From Alloascoidea hylecoeti (lineage: Eukaryota), in assembly GCA_001600815.1 (NCBI GenBank), contig BCKZ01000004.1, positions 1,143,566 through 1,207,565 of the forward strand: DNA of 64,000 nucleotides, read 5' to 3'. The first letter of the stretch is position 1; each line of letters starts with the position of its first letter. This document shows, piece by piece, positions 1 to 11,128 of this stretch. Position numbers and translations under genes: made by a program. The notes under the pieces are model-generated. The model had not been told where the DNA came from and searched no databases. It worked only from the letters and a program-made list of their open reading frames with translations.

Positions 1-2
1 CG

Positions 3-1976
3 CTTAATAGTAGTAGTATATCATCAACTGATAGAACACCTCCTTTCCAAAACCAAAATCAAAGTCAAAATCAAAATCAATTTCAAAATTATAATTTACA
101 AAATAATTCATCACCATCTATTAGAAGTAGAGATAATAATTTTATATCATCAAGATCACCATCTCCATCGAAATTAAAAACTAAAAGATCATCAAAAATT
201 TTAAAAAAAATATTTTCTGGTAGTAGTTTTGATCAATCACAATATTCAAGAAGTTCATTTGATCAATCTTCATCATATAGTAATACTGATGATTCAACAA
301 CATCTAATCAACAATTTCAATTAGGTAGAAAGAAATCATTCAGTGATAGATTAAAAAGAAGATCATCAAAATCATCAATTCATGGTGGTTATTCATCATC
401 AAGTGCTTCATTAGGTACAGATTCATGGGTTGAAGCAAGATTAGATTTACATCGTACAAATACTTTAACAATAAAAGAAATTGAATTAAGAAATTCAAAA
501 TCTAAATCATCAAATATTAATAATAACCCATTTGATATTTTAAATAATTCAAAAGGTTTAGAAGCAATTGGTGGTTTAGTACCATTTACATTTCGAAATT
601 TAAAAGAATTAGATGATTCAAAATTTAATAAAGTTGATTCATATTGTAGAAATATTCAATATTTATCAAAATTTATAACACCATCATTATTTGCTTCCAA
701 ACAAATTAAAAGTGAATTTAAATCAGATGAAGATATTTTAAGAGCATTTTTTATATTTTGTTCTGAAAAAATATCACTTGATAATCCACTTGTTATTGAT
801 CCAAGAGCAAGTTCAAATCAACCTGTTGATTCATCATTAGTAATGAGAATATTACACGGTACTCCATATGAAGTCGCATATTGTTTTAAATCAATGTGTG
901 AATCTGCTGGATTTAGATGTGAAGTTATATCAGGATTTTTAAAATCATCAAATTTATTATTAAATACCTTTGATATTTGTAATAATAATAATACTAATGC
1001 ATTTCCTGGTTTAAATCATTGTTGGAATGCAGTTGTTTATAAAGGTGAATGGAGAATAATTGATGTTAATTTATCAAATATAACTTATCCACAACGAAAT
1101 TTATTTACAAATTGTAATGAAAAAATTTCAGAATCTTTTTATTTTTTAAATAAACCTTCTGAAATTATATCAACTCATTTACCAATTTATTCACAACTTC
1201 AATTTATTAAACCAATTATCGATAATAGAATTGCTTTATCATTACCAATGATGTTTCCTGCATTTTTTAAATCACAATTAAAATTTAAAAATTATAATAT
1301 TTCATTATTGAATTTAGAAGATTATGAAGTTTGTGAAATTGATTTTGAAGTTCCAATAAATATTGAAATTAGTGCAGATGTTCATACCAATTCAAATGAT
1401 AAAGGTTTAACATCATTAGCATTAACTCAAATTTATTGGAATTCAAATGGTAAACGTTATTGTAAAGTGAAATGTGTTTTACCTGAAACATCAATGGGTA
1501 TTTTAAATATTTATGCTGGACCAAAAGGATTACAAAAAACAATGAGAATTATTCATCCAATTGCAATTACAATTCCAATAAGGCATAGAGGAAAATATAG
1601 ACCATTAGAATTTGTTTCTAGATATCCAACACCTCATTCACAATTACAAGATTTATATGTTAAAGAACCACAATGTAAAAGGTTAGGTTATGGAGATACT
1701 TATATCTTCAAAGTATTACAGCATATATCAGATCAATCAATTATGAATAGAAGATCATTTTCAGCCTCATCATCATCATCAGGAGGTTTAAAAGTTAAAA
1801 TTGCTTTGCAATCACCATCTGGTAAAATTCATAAACTACATAAACAAGAAACTAATCAATATATTAGTTCTTTTGAATATTCAGCAAAATGTAATGAAAA
1901 AGGATCATGGAGAGGTTTAGTTCTTGCTGATAATGGATCTGCTTGGTGTGTATTTGCAGAATGGACATGTTATTAA
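3..1976 (+). CDS. CYK3: Cytokinesis protein Cyk3-like, transglutaminase-like domain (5'-partial; frame open from the window edge)
   Basis: The frame of track ORF 843..1976 stays open upstream to position 3. Motifs include NHCWNAV...WRIIDV, EFVSRYPTPH, DLYVKEPQ and C-terminal WRGLVLADNGSAWCVFAEW, typical of fungal Cyk3. Confidence 0.85.
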   Translation, partial: LNSSSISSTDRTPPFQNQNQSQNQNQFQNYNLQNNSSPSIRSRDNNFISSRSPSPSKLKTKRSSKILKKIFSGSSFDQSQYSRSSFDQSSSYSNTDDSTTSNQQFQLGRKKSFSDRLKRRSSKSSIHGGYSSSSASLGTDSWVEARLDLHRTNTLTIKEIELRNSKSKSSNINNNPFDILNNSKGLEAIGGLVPFTFRNLKELDDSKFNKVDSYCRNIQYLSKFITPSLFASKQIKSEFKSDEDILRAFFIFCSEKISLDNPLVIDPRASSNQPVDSSLVMRILHGTPYEVAYCFKSMCESAGFRCEVISGFLKSSNLLLNTFDICNNNNTNAFPGLNHCWNAVVYKGEWRIIDVNLSNITYPQRNLFTNCNEKISESFYFLNKPSEIISTHLPIYSQLQFIKPIIDNRIALSLPMMFPAFFKSQLKFKNYNISLLNLEDYEVCEIDFEVPINIEISADVHTNSNDKGLTSLALTQIYWNSNGKRYCKVKCVLPETSMGILNIYAGPKGLQKTMRIIHPIAITIPIRHRGKYRPLEFVSRYPTPHSQLQDLYVKEPQCKRLGYGDTYIFKVLQHISDQSIMNRRSFSASSSSSGGLKVKIALQSPSGKIHKLHKQETNQYISSFEYSAKCNEKGSWRGLVLADNGSAWCVFAEWTCY

Positions 1977-2337
1977 TTAATACTTTTTGAAATTAATTAT
2001 CATGAAATATCTTTGTTTTTATTTAAAACTTTTAGTTTGTTTGCCTTTTTTCTTTTGTATTTTAAAAACATTAATTATAAATACAAAAGTAAATGAATGT
2101 CCGATACATAAAAAACGACACTTTATTATAAAACGTTACATATAGAACTTTGCTATTTATTGACTACTGATTGGAGGATTGCAATTGAGATATGTTTAAA
2201 ATATTATCATAGCTAGCAGGTAAGTAAATTTTATGTAGGCCTATTCCTTTACTATAGTAGATCATGTTCATTCGACTTTTCATATCAATCTCGGGAAGAG
2301 CTAAGAAAAACCGTGATTTATGAATAATTAAAAAATT

Positions 2338-2434
2338 CACCCACGGTGGGAGTCGAACCCACAATCTTCAGATTGCGATCTAAAGAAACTCTTTTAGTAG
2401 AAGTCTGACGCCCTAACCATTAGGCTACGCGGGC
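2338..2434 (-). tRNA. tRNA-Arg(UCU) with a 24-nt intron (2374..2397)
   Basis: Reverse complement GCCCGCGTAGCCTAATGGTTAGGGCGTCAGACTTCTA[intron]ATCTGAAGATTGTGGGTTCGACTCCCACCGTGGGTG folds as a 73-nt cloverleaf. Anticodon TCT, intron at the canonical 37/38 site, A and B boxes present, T-run terminator follows. Confidence 0.93.
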
Positions 2435-4065
2435 TTTGATTACACTTAATTTAGGCCATTATGATTACTAATTACCGGTACTCCATATAACTAAGTTTCG
2501 GCCGAGTTTGGGCTGTTCCATATACCTGTGGGCCAGTACTATTTTAGCGGATCATACTGGTAATACTAATAATACAAACGATAACTAGTAAGAAAATGGC
2601 CGAACATAGGTGAAATCACTGTATTGTAACCTCTCAGGTTCACAACGGTGCAACTGTGTATGGTTTTCGTATACCTACAGTATTACTGCTGGACAGGATT
2701 ATTTTTATAATGATATAAAGTTATTACTTTAATTAAGGATTTCATCCCTTTAATTTTTCCTTTACGATTGACAGGCTTTTTCTAGGTTGTTATTTTAGTA
2801 CTAGTTTAAATTGTATCAAATGTATAATTAATATTAATAATTATACACTTTGCAAACGGCGCTAGCTCTAAATAAATAATTAACTTGGATTTAATAATAG
2901 AAATCATGAGTTTCAAATTACTTTTAAATAAGTTTTAATTCCAAATATTATCCAAATCCTAAATATAAGTTTGCAACTCCAACAACTGGCTTTAGTTATC
3001 CTTGGAAAACATTAACATTAATATTGGAAGGTAGTATATAATTAATATTTAAATCCCACAATGCAATTTTAAGTTTATAAGGATTACTTTTTTAAAGTAT
3101 ACCTTGGAACGGACTGTTTTCACAGCTACACTTATGCTTAGAGCTGGCTGGGTTTCCCTTTATAATTTTACAAGTCTATATAGTATACGTAATATATTTT
3201 GGAAATAACAACTTCATTTACATTACGGCGAATATTCTTTTAAGAAAATTGTAAGGTTATAAGTTATCTATTGAAATTTAATTCTTGTCTGTGTCGGGGC
3301 CTGATTTTCCTCTTTAGCAATTGGTTGAATTGATCCTATAGTGTGTTCTGAAACTAGCATAATGCAGACGAAAAAGTGGCGAAATGTATGTATAGTCATA
3401 GAATGGGCGATTATTTAACCCAAGATAAGCCAAGAATTTAGTCCTCCATGTGGCCTAAATCAGGTGGAAACATTATAGCGTTGGGACTTGGATCTTTCAT
3501 TATAATCTAGATTTAGCTACATTTCATATATAATTTAAGAATAATAAATGCTTTTATTTTTTAAATAACTATATATAGGCTATAAATTTATTATTCTAAT
3601 TTCAAAAAAGGTCGTTGAAGACCTTAAAAAGTATCATGACAAAACATCCAAAAATATTATAAACACGTTTTAAAATAAATAAAATAAAGGATTTATTTTA
3701 TTGTACCATGGCCATTAAACAATTAATATCATATTAATCTTGAAAAAGGGACAAAAATCAACAAGACATAGATCTATAATTGACAAAAGACAAATTTAAA
3801 GATAAAGAAACATATAAAAAAATTAATAAATAAAAAAACTTAGAATGAAATGAAACCCAAAATATATGCAATATTTAAATATGTGCAAGAAAAGGTTTAG
3901 AGTACATTAATAGTAGTAAAAAAATGAAACAGTTTGTTGAACACTGAATCAAATTAGATAGATGGTTGAGGAAAAGGGAAATTAGGAGAGTTTAGAGGTT
4001 ATGTGAGTGAAAATTCATAAGAGGAAATCAAATCAAATCAATATAAGAAAATAAAAAAATTATTC

Positions 4066-5223
4066 TTATAAAGTAAGTTTCTTTGGATGTTCCCAAGTAT
4101 TTTCTTGATTAGTGAAATGACCATAAGAAGCAGTTTTCAAATAAATTGGACGAGCTAAATTTAATTCTTTAACAATAACACCAGGTCTTAAATCAAAATT
4201 CTTTCTAATGATTGCAACTAATTCATCAGATGAATATTTAGATGTACCATATGTATCAACATAAATAGATAATGGTTCAGCAACACCAATAGCATATGAA
4301 AATTGAACCAAAGCACGACGGGCTAAACCGGCTGCAACTAATGATTTTGCAACCCATCTTGCAGCATATGCGGCAGATCTGTCAACTTTTGAAAAATCTT
4401 TACCAGAGAAAGCACCACCACCGTGAGCACCCCATCCACCATATGTATCAACAATGATCTTACGACCAGTTAAACCAGCATCACCTTGTGGACCACCAAT
4501 AACGAATCTTCCAGATGGTTGAATATGATATTTAGTTTTATCATCTAATAACTTGGCAGGGATAACTTTTTTGACAATTTTTTCGGTGATCTCAGATCGC
4601 AAATCTGCAGTAGAAATTGAATCCGCGTGTTGAGTAGAGATAACAACAGTATCAACTCTAAGAGGAATAGTAGCACCATTTTCATTTGCGTATTCAATTG
4701 TGACCTGGGTCTTTGTATCTGGTCTTAACCAAGGTAAAGAACCATCTCTTCTTGCATCAGCTAAACCCTTGTTTAATTTATGAGCTAATAAAATAGTCAA
4801 TGGTAACAATTCTTCAGTTTCATCAGTAGCATAACCAAACATGATACCTTGATCACCAGCACCTAAATCTTCCAAAGCTTTTTCATAATGAAGACCTTGA
4901 GCAATATCTGGTGATTGTTGTTCAATTGCTACTAAAACATTACAAGTTTTATAATCAAAACCTTTATCAGAATGATCATAACCAATATGTTTAATAGTAT
5001 CACGAATAATCTTTTGATAATCCAATTGAGCTTTAGTAGTAATTTCACCAAAAACCATAATCATACCAGTTTTGGCAGCAGTTTCACAAGCAACTTTTGA
5101 AAGGGGATCGACAGATAAACAAGCGTCTAAAATGGCGTCAGACACTTGATCACAGATCTTATCTGGATGGCCTTCACCGACAGATTCAGATGTGAAGAAG
5201 AAAGTTTCTCTTGGAGCAGTCAT
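4066..5223 (-). CDS. SAM2: S-adenosylmethionine synthetase
   Basis: [19 protein letters not shown] and GGGAFSGKD signatures. The ATG start is at 5223; the track's 5241 start is a TTG. Confidence 0.97.
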   Translation of the reverse strand: MTAPRETFFFTSESVGEGHPDKICDQVSDAILDACLSVDPLSKVACETAAKTGMIMVFGEITTKAQLDYQKIIRDTIKHIGYDHSDKGFDYKTCNVLVAIEQQSPDIAQGLHYEKALEDLGAGDQGIMFGYATDETEELLPLTILLAHKLNKGLADARRDGSLPWLRPDTKTQVTIEYANENGATIPLRVDTVVISTQHADSISTADLRSEITEKIVKKVIPAKLLDDKTKYHIQPSGRFVIGGPQGDAGLTGRKIIVDTYGGWGAHGGGAFSGKDFSKVDRSAAYAARWVAKSLVAAGLARRALVQFSYAIGVAEPLSIYVDTYGTSKYSSDELVAIIRKNFDLRPGVIVKELNLARPIYLKTASYGHFTNQENTWEHPKKLTL

Positions 5224-5334
5224 TGTTGAAGAAGGGAGCAAAAAGGATTTACTGGTGAGGAGGTATGAAAAAAAAGGAAAAGAAAGGAATTTTCTCGGGT
5301 TAAATAAAAAAAAATTGAAAAATTAACGTTGATA

Positions 5335-5361
5335 AATTGCACGTGAATGGCACGTGCAATT
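5335..5361. promoter_or_regulatory. Paired CACGTG (Cbf1-type bHLH) sites as an 11-bp inverted repeat upstream of SAM synthetase
   Basis: AATTGCACGTG-aatgg-CACGTGCAATT lies ~110-140 bp upstream of the ATG. Cbf1 sites are established elements of yeast methionine/SAM promoters. Confidence 0.7.
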
Positions 5362-5674
5362 ATGTTATTGCAATTGCTGTGTAGCATAAAAAATAAAGTA
5401 AACCCACGGAAGAATGAAAGAAAATGAAAATATAATCTCCATCAAGAAGATTAATGGCTGAGACGTCGAGAACGCAGTATACAAACCAAAAATGAACAAC
5501 TCGCGAATGTCTACTATTATGGCTCTTTGGGTTCTCTGACTGCGCCGGTACTTTTGTATGTTTTCACCCGGCTGGAGTTTCCCAACATTCTATTTGGTGC
5601 ACGTGAAGATATTGGTTTAGTATGCTTAGTAAATTATAATATATGCTTAGTAAGACCTAACTTCTATTTTCTAT

Positions 5675-7823
5675 TTAATATTCAAATCCGGAGGAAACAA
5701 ACGCCCGATTAACAAACTCCGTCCACATATCCTCTGAATTAATTGAGGATGCGGAAAAGGGCAGAGACATTTTTCTTGATAACCTCACCCATTCATCAGT
5801 TACCAATGTTTCCATTCTATATGGTGATCTATTTGTTGTATATTCAACTTCATAACCAAATTCTTCATCTGGAAGTGTATTTAATCGTGTTAAGTTTGCA
5901 AATAATTGTACGTATTTTATTGGTGTAAATGTTTGTTTTGTAAATCTTGGACCATTTATAATCATTTCATTATGTTTTCTTTTTGGTGGGAAACTTTTAT
6001 CATTGTTAAATTTATTTTTTGCCAAAATATTTTCAATTGATTTGATTTCTAATTCATAATTATCTTCAAATTCTTTAAAAATAATATCCCAAGTTTTATC
6101 ATTATTATCATCATCATTATTATCATTTGTTATAACAGTTTCTTGTTCAATGCCTGTTATATTATATTGCCATAATCTCATTGATGGGAAATAATATGGA
6201 ACAATTGATGGATTAATATGACTAACAAGATATCTTGATGAATCTTCAAACTCTTTAAATTCATTATGATTACGGTTATGTTGATTTGGTCGTTTGATTT
6301 TACTATAAACATTTTTTCTTAAATTTTCAAGATATGTGATTTTTCCGTTTATTCTCTTTTTTTTAAAAATATTAATATCATTTTTATCATTATTGATATC
6401 ATGTTTATTATTATTATTATTTGTTAATTCTTTAAAGTTTTCGTTTGAAATATATCCTGGGTTTAAACCAAATCCTGGAAGATCATCATCATGATCATAA
6501 TAATAATCAAATTTATTCTGATTTATTTCTTCTTCTTCCCCAAAACTTGCACTCTTCAAATCTCTTATAAATCTGTCATAACTATGTTTTCCATGATAAG
6601 TATTCAAATCATATGGAGAAGCTTCATCACCATATTCTTTGATTAAACTTTTATATTCTTTAACAACATCTCTTGGAATAAAATGATCAATATTCATATG
6701 ACCATAAACACTACCAATTATAACATCTCTGTACTCATATTCCCATAATGATAATTTTCTTAAACATTTTGAATACCAATATTTTTCAATTGGTGGTATA
6801 TGACCAATAATCCAAACTTTCATATTTTTTTCACGTAAATTTTTTAAAACCATACCCAACCATAAAAATTGTTTATAAGAAGGATTATTAAATTTATTAT
6901 TATCACAAGAATCAAAATTTAAATTTGAATTTTTGTTAAAAAATTGTAAAGTATTTAAAGAAATTATACCTAATTTATTTGATATAATTTCTTTAAAAAA
7001 ATAACCACCTTTTAAAAAAGTATTATATTGATTTTTTGGTATAAATGGATTCCAAGCATTATATAAAGCATTCATCATTTTAATTGGTTTATTTGAAATA
7101 AAATTATGAGGAAATACATCATTATTACCAATATTTGGTATAATTGGTATAATTTGTTCATCATTTTGTTGTAATTTATCTTTCATCCATAATGATATAA
7201 TTTCATTTTGCTTTATAATTTTTTTAAAATTTAAATCATGTTTATTATTATTATCATGTCTCACATTATCACCAGTCCAAATTATAAAATCAATTTTATC
7301 TTTTAAATTTAAATTTATCCAATTTAATGTTGAATTAATTAATAATTCTGGTGAATCACAATTTGTTAATTCAAAACCAAATTTACCAGATTTTCCTTTT
7401 CCTGAATGACAATTATTTTTAGATTTTGTATTTGGTTTATAATATGGATCAGGATGAAAATCTATTTCGAATAGTTAGTAAAATTAGATTAAATTGTTTG
7501 TGTTTTTAGTAAATATTCAGGAGAAAAATGACAAAACACATACCGGTTATATGTAGAAAACGACCTTTTACCCGTCTTTTTGATTTCATAACGTTTTTTA
7601 TATCACCATTCTTTAAATGATTTAATCTATCTTTTAAAACTGGTTTAAGATCTATTGATGACGGTAGTTTAACCCGTGATAATATAGATTTTATGTTGTG
7701 TGAAGGCAAATGAGTTTGAAATGACAAAGGGAATGCAAAAGTATAAATTATTGAAGGTAAAGAAAAATAAATCAATAATAAACTTATGGTGTATGGCCAT
7801 CGATTAAATAGTGATATTCGCAT
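5675..7823 (-). CDS. PPN1: Vacuolar endopolyphosphatase; exons 7823..7544 and 7461..5675
   Basis: Intron 7462..7543 (GTATGT...TACTAAC...TAG) joins the two track ORFs to give FLHITDFHPDPYY. Also CDSP, WTGDNVRHD, GNND, GHIPP, YGHMNIDHF and an N-terminal hydrophobic anchor. Confidence 0.92.
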
Positions 7824-10028
7824 TTTCTTTTAATTTGTGATAATAAGATATAAAAATATAAGATGCGACAAATTAAAGTATTTATAATATTGTTGCTAAA
7901 ATTTTAAACGTGAAAATGTCTCATCGCGAGTTTAAATAATCTAGGCTTAGCGCACACCATTTTACCATATTTTTACTCACCCCAGCGTAGCGGATTTATC
8001 GAGGATTAACACCTTATATCCATGATCATGGAATGATATTAAAGCCCTTCAGCAGCTTCTCCAGGAATTTTGTTGGTGGGGTTAGCCTATGCAGATATCG
8101 GATATATGGATGGAGCAGGGAAATGTGTAGTTACCGGTTGAAGTTTTCTGGAGTTAACGTATCATACTTCCATAATAAATATAATTGTAACGAACTAAAC
8201 GCAATATCGGAGGCATGTGGATCAAGCGCTGGGGAAATAAAAAAAATATTTACGACGGAGGTTTCGGAATATGGAGGAGTTTTTTCATAATTATGTATTG
8301 CAACTGGCTTTTTACTTTTTTGTAGAATGCTTTTCTTTATTTTTTTATATCTTTTTGATATCGTTTCTATAACTCACATTTTAAAATGTTGATTATATTA
8401 AACAAGGTTACAATTTCATTACTACTTAACAAAAAAAGATGGCAGACGGTTACGGAGGGTTCATTATAAAAAGGGTGCAAAAAAGGGGGAAAAAGTTAAA
8501 TGAGAGACGTTATTCTTGATTTTGTAAAGAATTTGACCGGAAATTTTCTTACTACCTCTATTCGTTATTCATCTGGTTTGCCTTTGTTTTTACATTCTCC
8601 AGTTCAGTATTTATAATCATTTCTTCCCATCTTAGCCAATATATATGGTACTGGAGTAATCGAGTTTGAACGCCGGGTAAATTGACCTACAGTAATACGT
8701 ATAAAGTATAAAGGTCAATGGTGAAAAGGCCAGAGGCTTTTGTAACATCTTCATGAGCTTGGAAAACACTTAGATAATGCCTAAATTAAGCACCACTAGA
8801 GCTTCATCTTGAAATATTTCTTTTTCTCCTTTGACAAGCTTAAGATTTTGTTTGTTCCTTTTGTATCTAAACCACCATTAATTTTTAGTGTTTTTTCTGT
8901 TTGATTGTTTAAATTTGTTTTACAAGTATTTAGATAGTAATATATAATACATGCACTAATTTTTTCAATTTTTTTTTTCATTTAATATTTGTGGTGATTT
9001 CACGGTACATCCTATGAGAATTTCATCCTTGAGTTCAAACTCAGAACACCACTATTTCGATTACGTATACCTGGTATACGTCCATATCTCAAGTTCTAAT
9101 ACCATAATCAAAGAAGTCCATGGGTAAAAACTCAAAATATTATAGAATAATTTTTTTCATTATTGGTTACAGGGCTGAATTGTTACTTAGCTGTATCCAT
9201 TGCAAAATCTTTGTTGTTGATGTCTTCAATTAATGTAAACTTCTTCATCTGCTTCTATTTCAATCAAATATGCACATTCATCATTATCTTCAAATTTCTT
9301 TATTAATTCATATAGAATTTCAATTTCGCTATAATTAGAAAACCATCTTCGGTATTCATCTCCAAATCCTTTTCTGAGTTCATATTTGTTGCAACACCTT
9401 TACCCATTAAATATCTAATTAAATCTTCAATATCTATGTTAATTGTGGCAAAAAAAAAAAAGATCCAAAGTAGATAATTCCGGGAAGTAGTGAAAAATTA
9501 TTAAGTGTCATATATTGAGAAAATTTCTTAGAATCATCGGAGTAGTAGTAGCTAAACTTTTTAGAAAATTTCTTAACAGTAATAATAAATTACCATTATC
9601 AAGAGTTTTGCGTGTCTTTTTCATTGTAAAGAAATTTAAACCTTGATGCCATTTTCTTCATTAAAATTAGAAATAATCTCATTTTTAAATTTTTGATGTT
9701 AGTAACCCTTTTAATAAGAGTCTCAAACGAACAGAGGATAACATTGAAACTTTAAAACCACCAGTAAGAAAGATTAAAAATGTTTGAACTCAGTTTGAAA
9801 TTTAGGCAGCCATACAACCACTTGAATTCTGATGAAGACAATGTATTAGTTATAGTAGGATGTGTATGTGAATTGTTTAAATTTTGTAGACAAAATGAAT
9901 ATCATGGCTGGAATAGTTTTGATCTTTTAGATACGAGTTCTTATTCATATGCATATGCATGTTTATAGGGTAACGCCGATGTTATTACGCATAATGGTAT
10001 ATAAAATTCTGCCTGTTATAGAAATAGA

Positions 10029-10395
10029 CTACCTGACAACACTCGAACTAAGCGGCCAAATACCACTCTTCTCAAATCCCGATATAATATTGGAAGACGT
10101 TAATCCATTACTTCTTGCATATAACACTGCTGGTATAAGGTCTTTTTTTTGCGGTCGGTGGCTGGAATTTGGTTTTTAGAGATTTTCTTTGTTGTACTTG
10201 TGGATCGCCATCTTTACTGGTCCAAGGCAGCTGACATCAGGTGGTTGAGTCAGCTGAGATGAAAAGCTAGGCAGTACCATCAAGTCTACACTAGTTACGA
10301 ATATCCTTCTTCTTTACATCTTCCAATCAAACCTTTCCGACTGTTGTATCTTTAACGATCATGAGTGGAGGCATACTGGGAACTCCGTTGATGGG
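10029..10395 (-). pseudogene. Decayed Fot1/pogo-family (DDE_1) DNA transposase fragment
   Basis: Minus frame from 10289 reads VDLMVLPSFSSQLTQPPDVSCLGPVKMAIHKY...*...AVLYARSNGLTSSNIISGFEKSGIWPL, matching the LPPHxSHxxQPLDVxxFGPLK and NIxSGFxxxGIWP motifs. An upstream piece INGVPSMPPLMIVK resembles the ISADGxxLPPLIIFKG motif. In-frame stop, frameshifts and an internal deletion are present. Confidence 0.65.
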
Positions 10396-11128
10396 ATTTC
10401 CTCCTGATATCTAGATCTATGGTTAAATAAAGCTTGAGGCCCAGATTGGATTTCCTATGCGAACCCCAAATAGTGACATTTAAAATGACTTTTCTGGTCT
10501 GAACTTCAATCAGAAGGCATTACTAGAGTTGCTTATGGTTAAAACATATAGGGGAGTTTAATGAGTACTCGGTAGTAGGTAGGGCGAGTTACCACACTGT
10601 TGTACGTCCGCTATCTGCTCTTGCATATTAAAAGAAAAAATTAGTTTATTTTTATTATTTGTCTATCTATCTCTTTGTATCTATATATATATACAAAATA
10701 TAACATTCACCTATAATTATTTATGATAAAATTATATAATGATTCCATTATAATAATATATAATATATAGTGATAAAAAGGAATTCAAATTAAAAGTTTG
10801 ATATGAAGCAAATAGTTTTAAAGCTTAACACAAAATCAACACAATATTAATATTAATATAGTACAATATAAAACAGTTGCAATTGAATAAAATAAAAATA
10901 CGAAAAAGAATATGAATGAATATGAATATGTATAAAAAGCTATGAAATAGAGTAATTTTAAATATACCGCATTCGGAATATAAGGGAAAAAAAAGTTGAT
11001 GTTTTGATCACTACCTTTTTCTTGTTTATTATCAACTGATTAGGAATGAACATATACTGCTTGTAATTGATCATGATCTACTTATAAACAACTGTCTCAT
11101 TGTTTAATTTAATTTGGTTCTTAGTTAA

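Noticed and set aside
843..1100. Missing catalytic Cys in the Cyk3 transglutaminase-like domain
   Set aside because: Already known for fungal Cyk3 proteins, so not novel.
3400..3480. Minus-strand peptide DLGHMED*ILGLSWVK resembling the Ty3/gypsy protease DxILGxxWL motif, upstream of the tRNA
   Set aside because: A single short motif with stops; no LTR, RT or integrase remnants recognised nearby.
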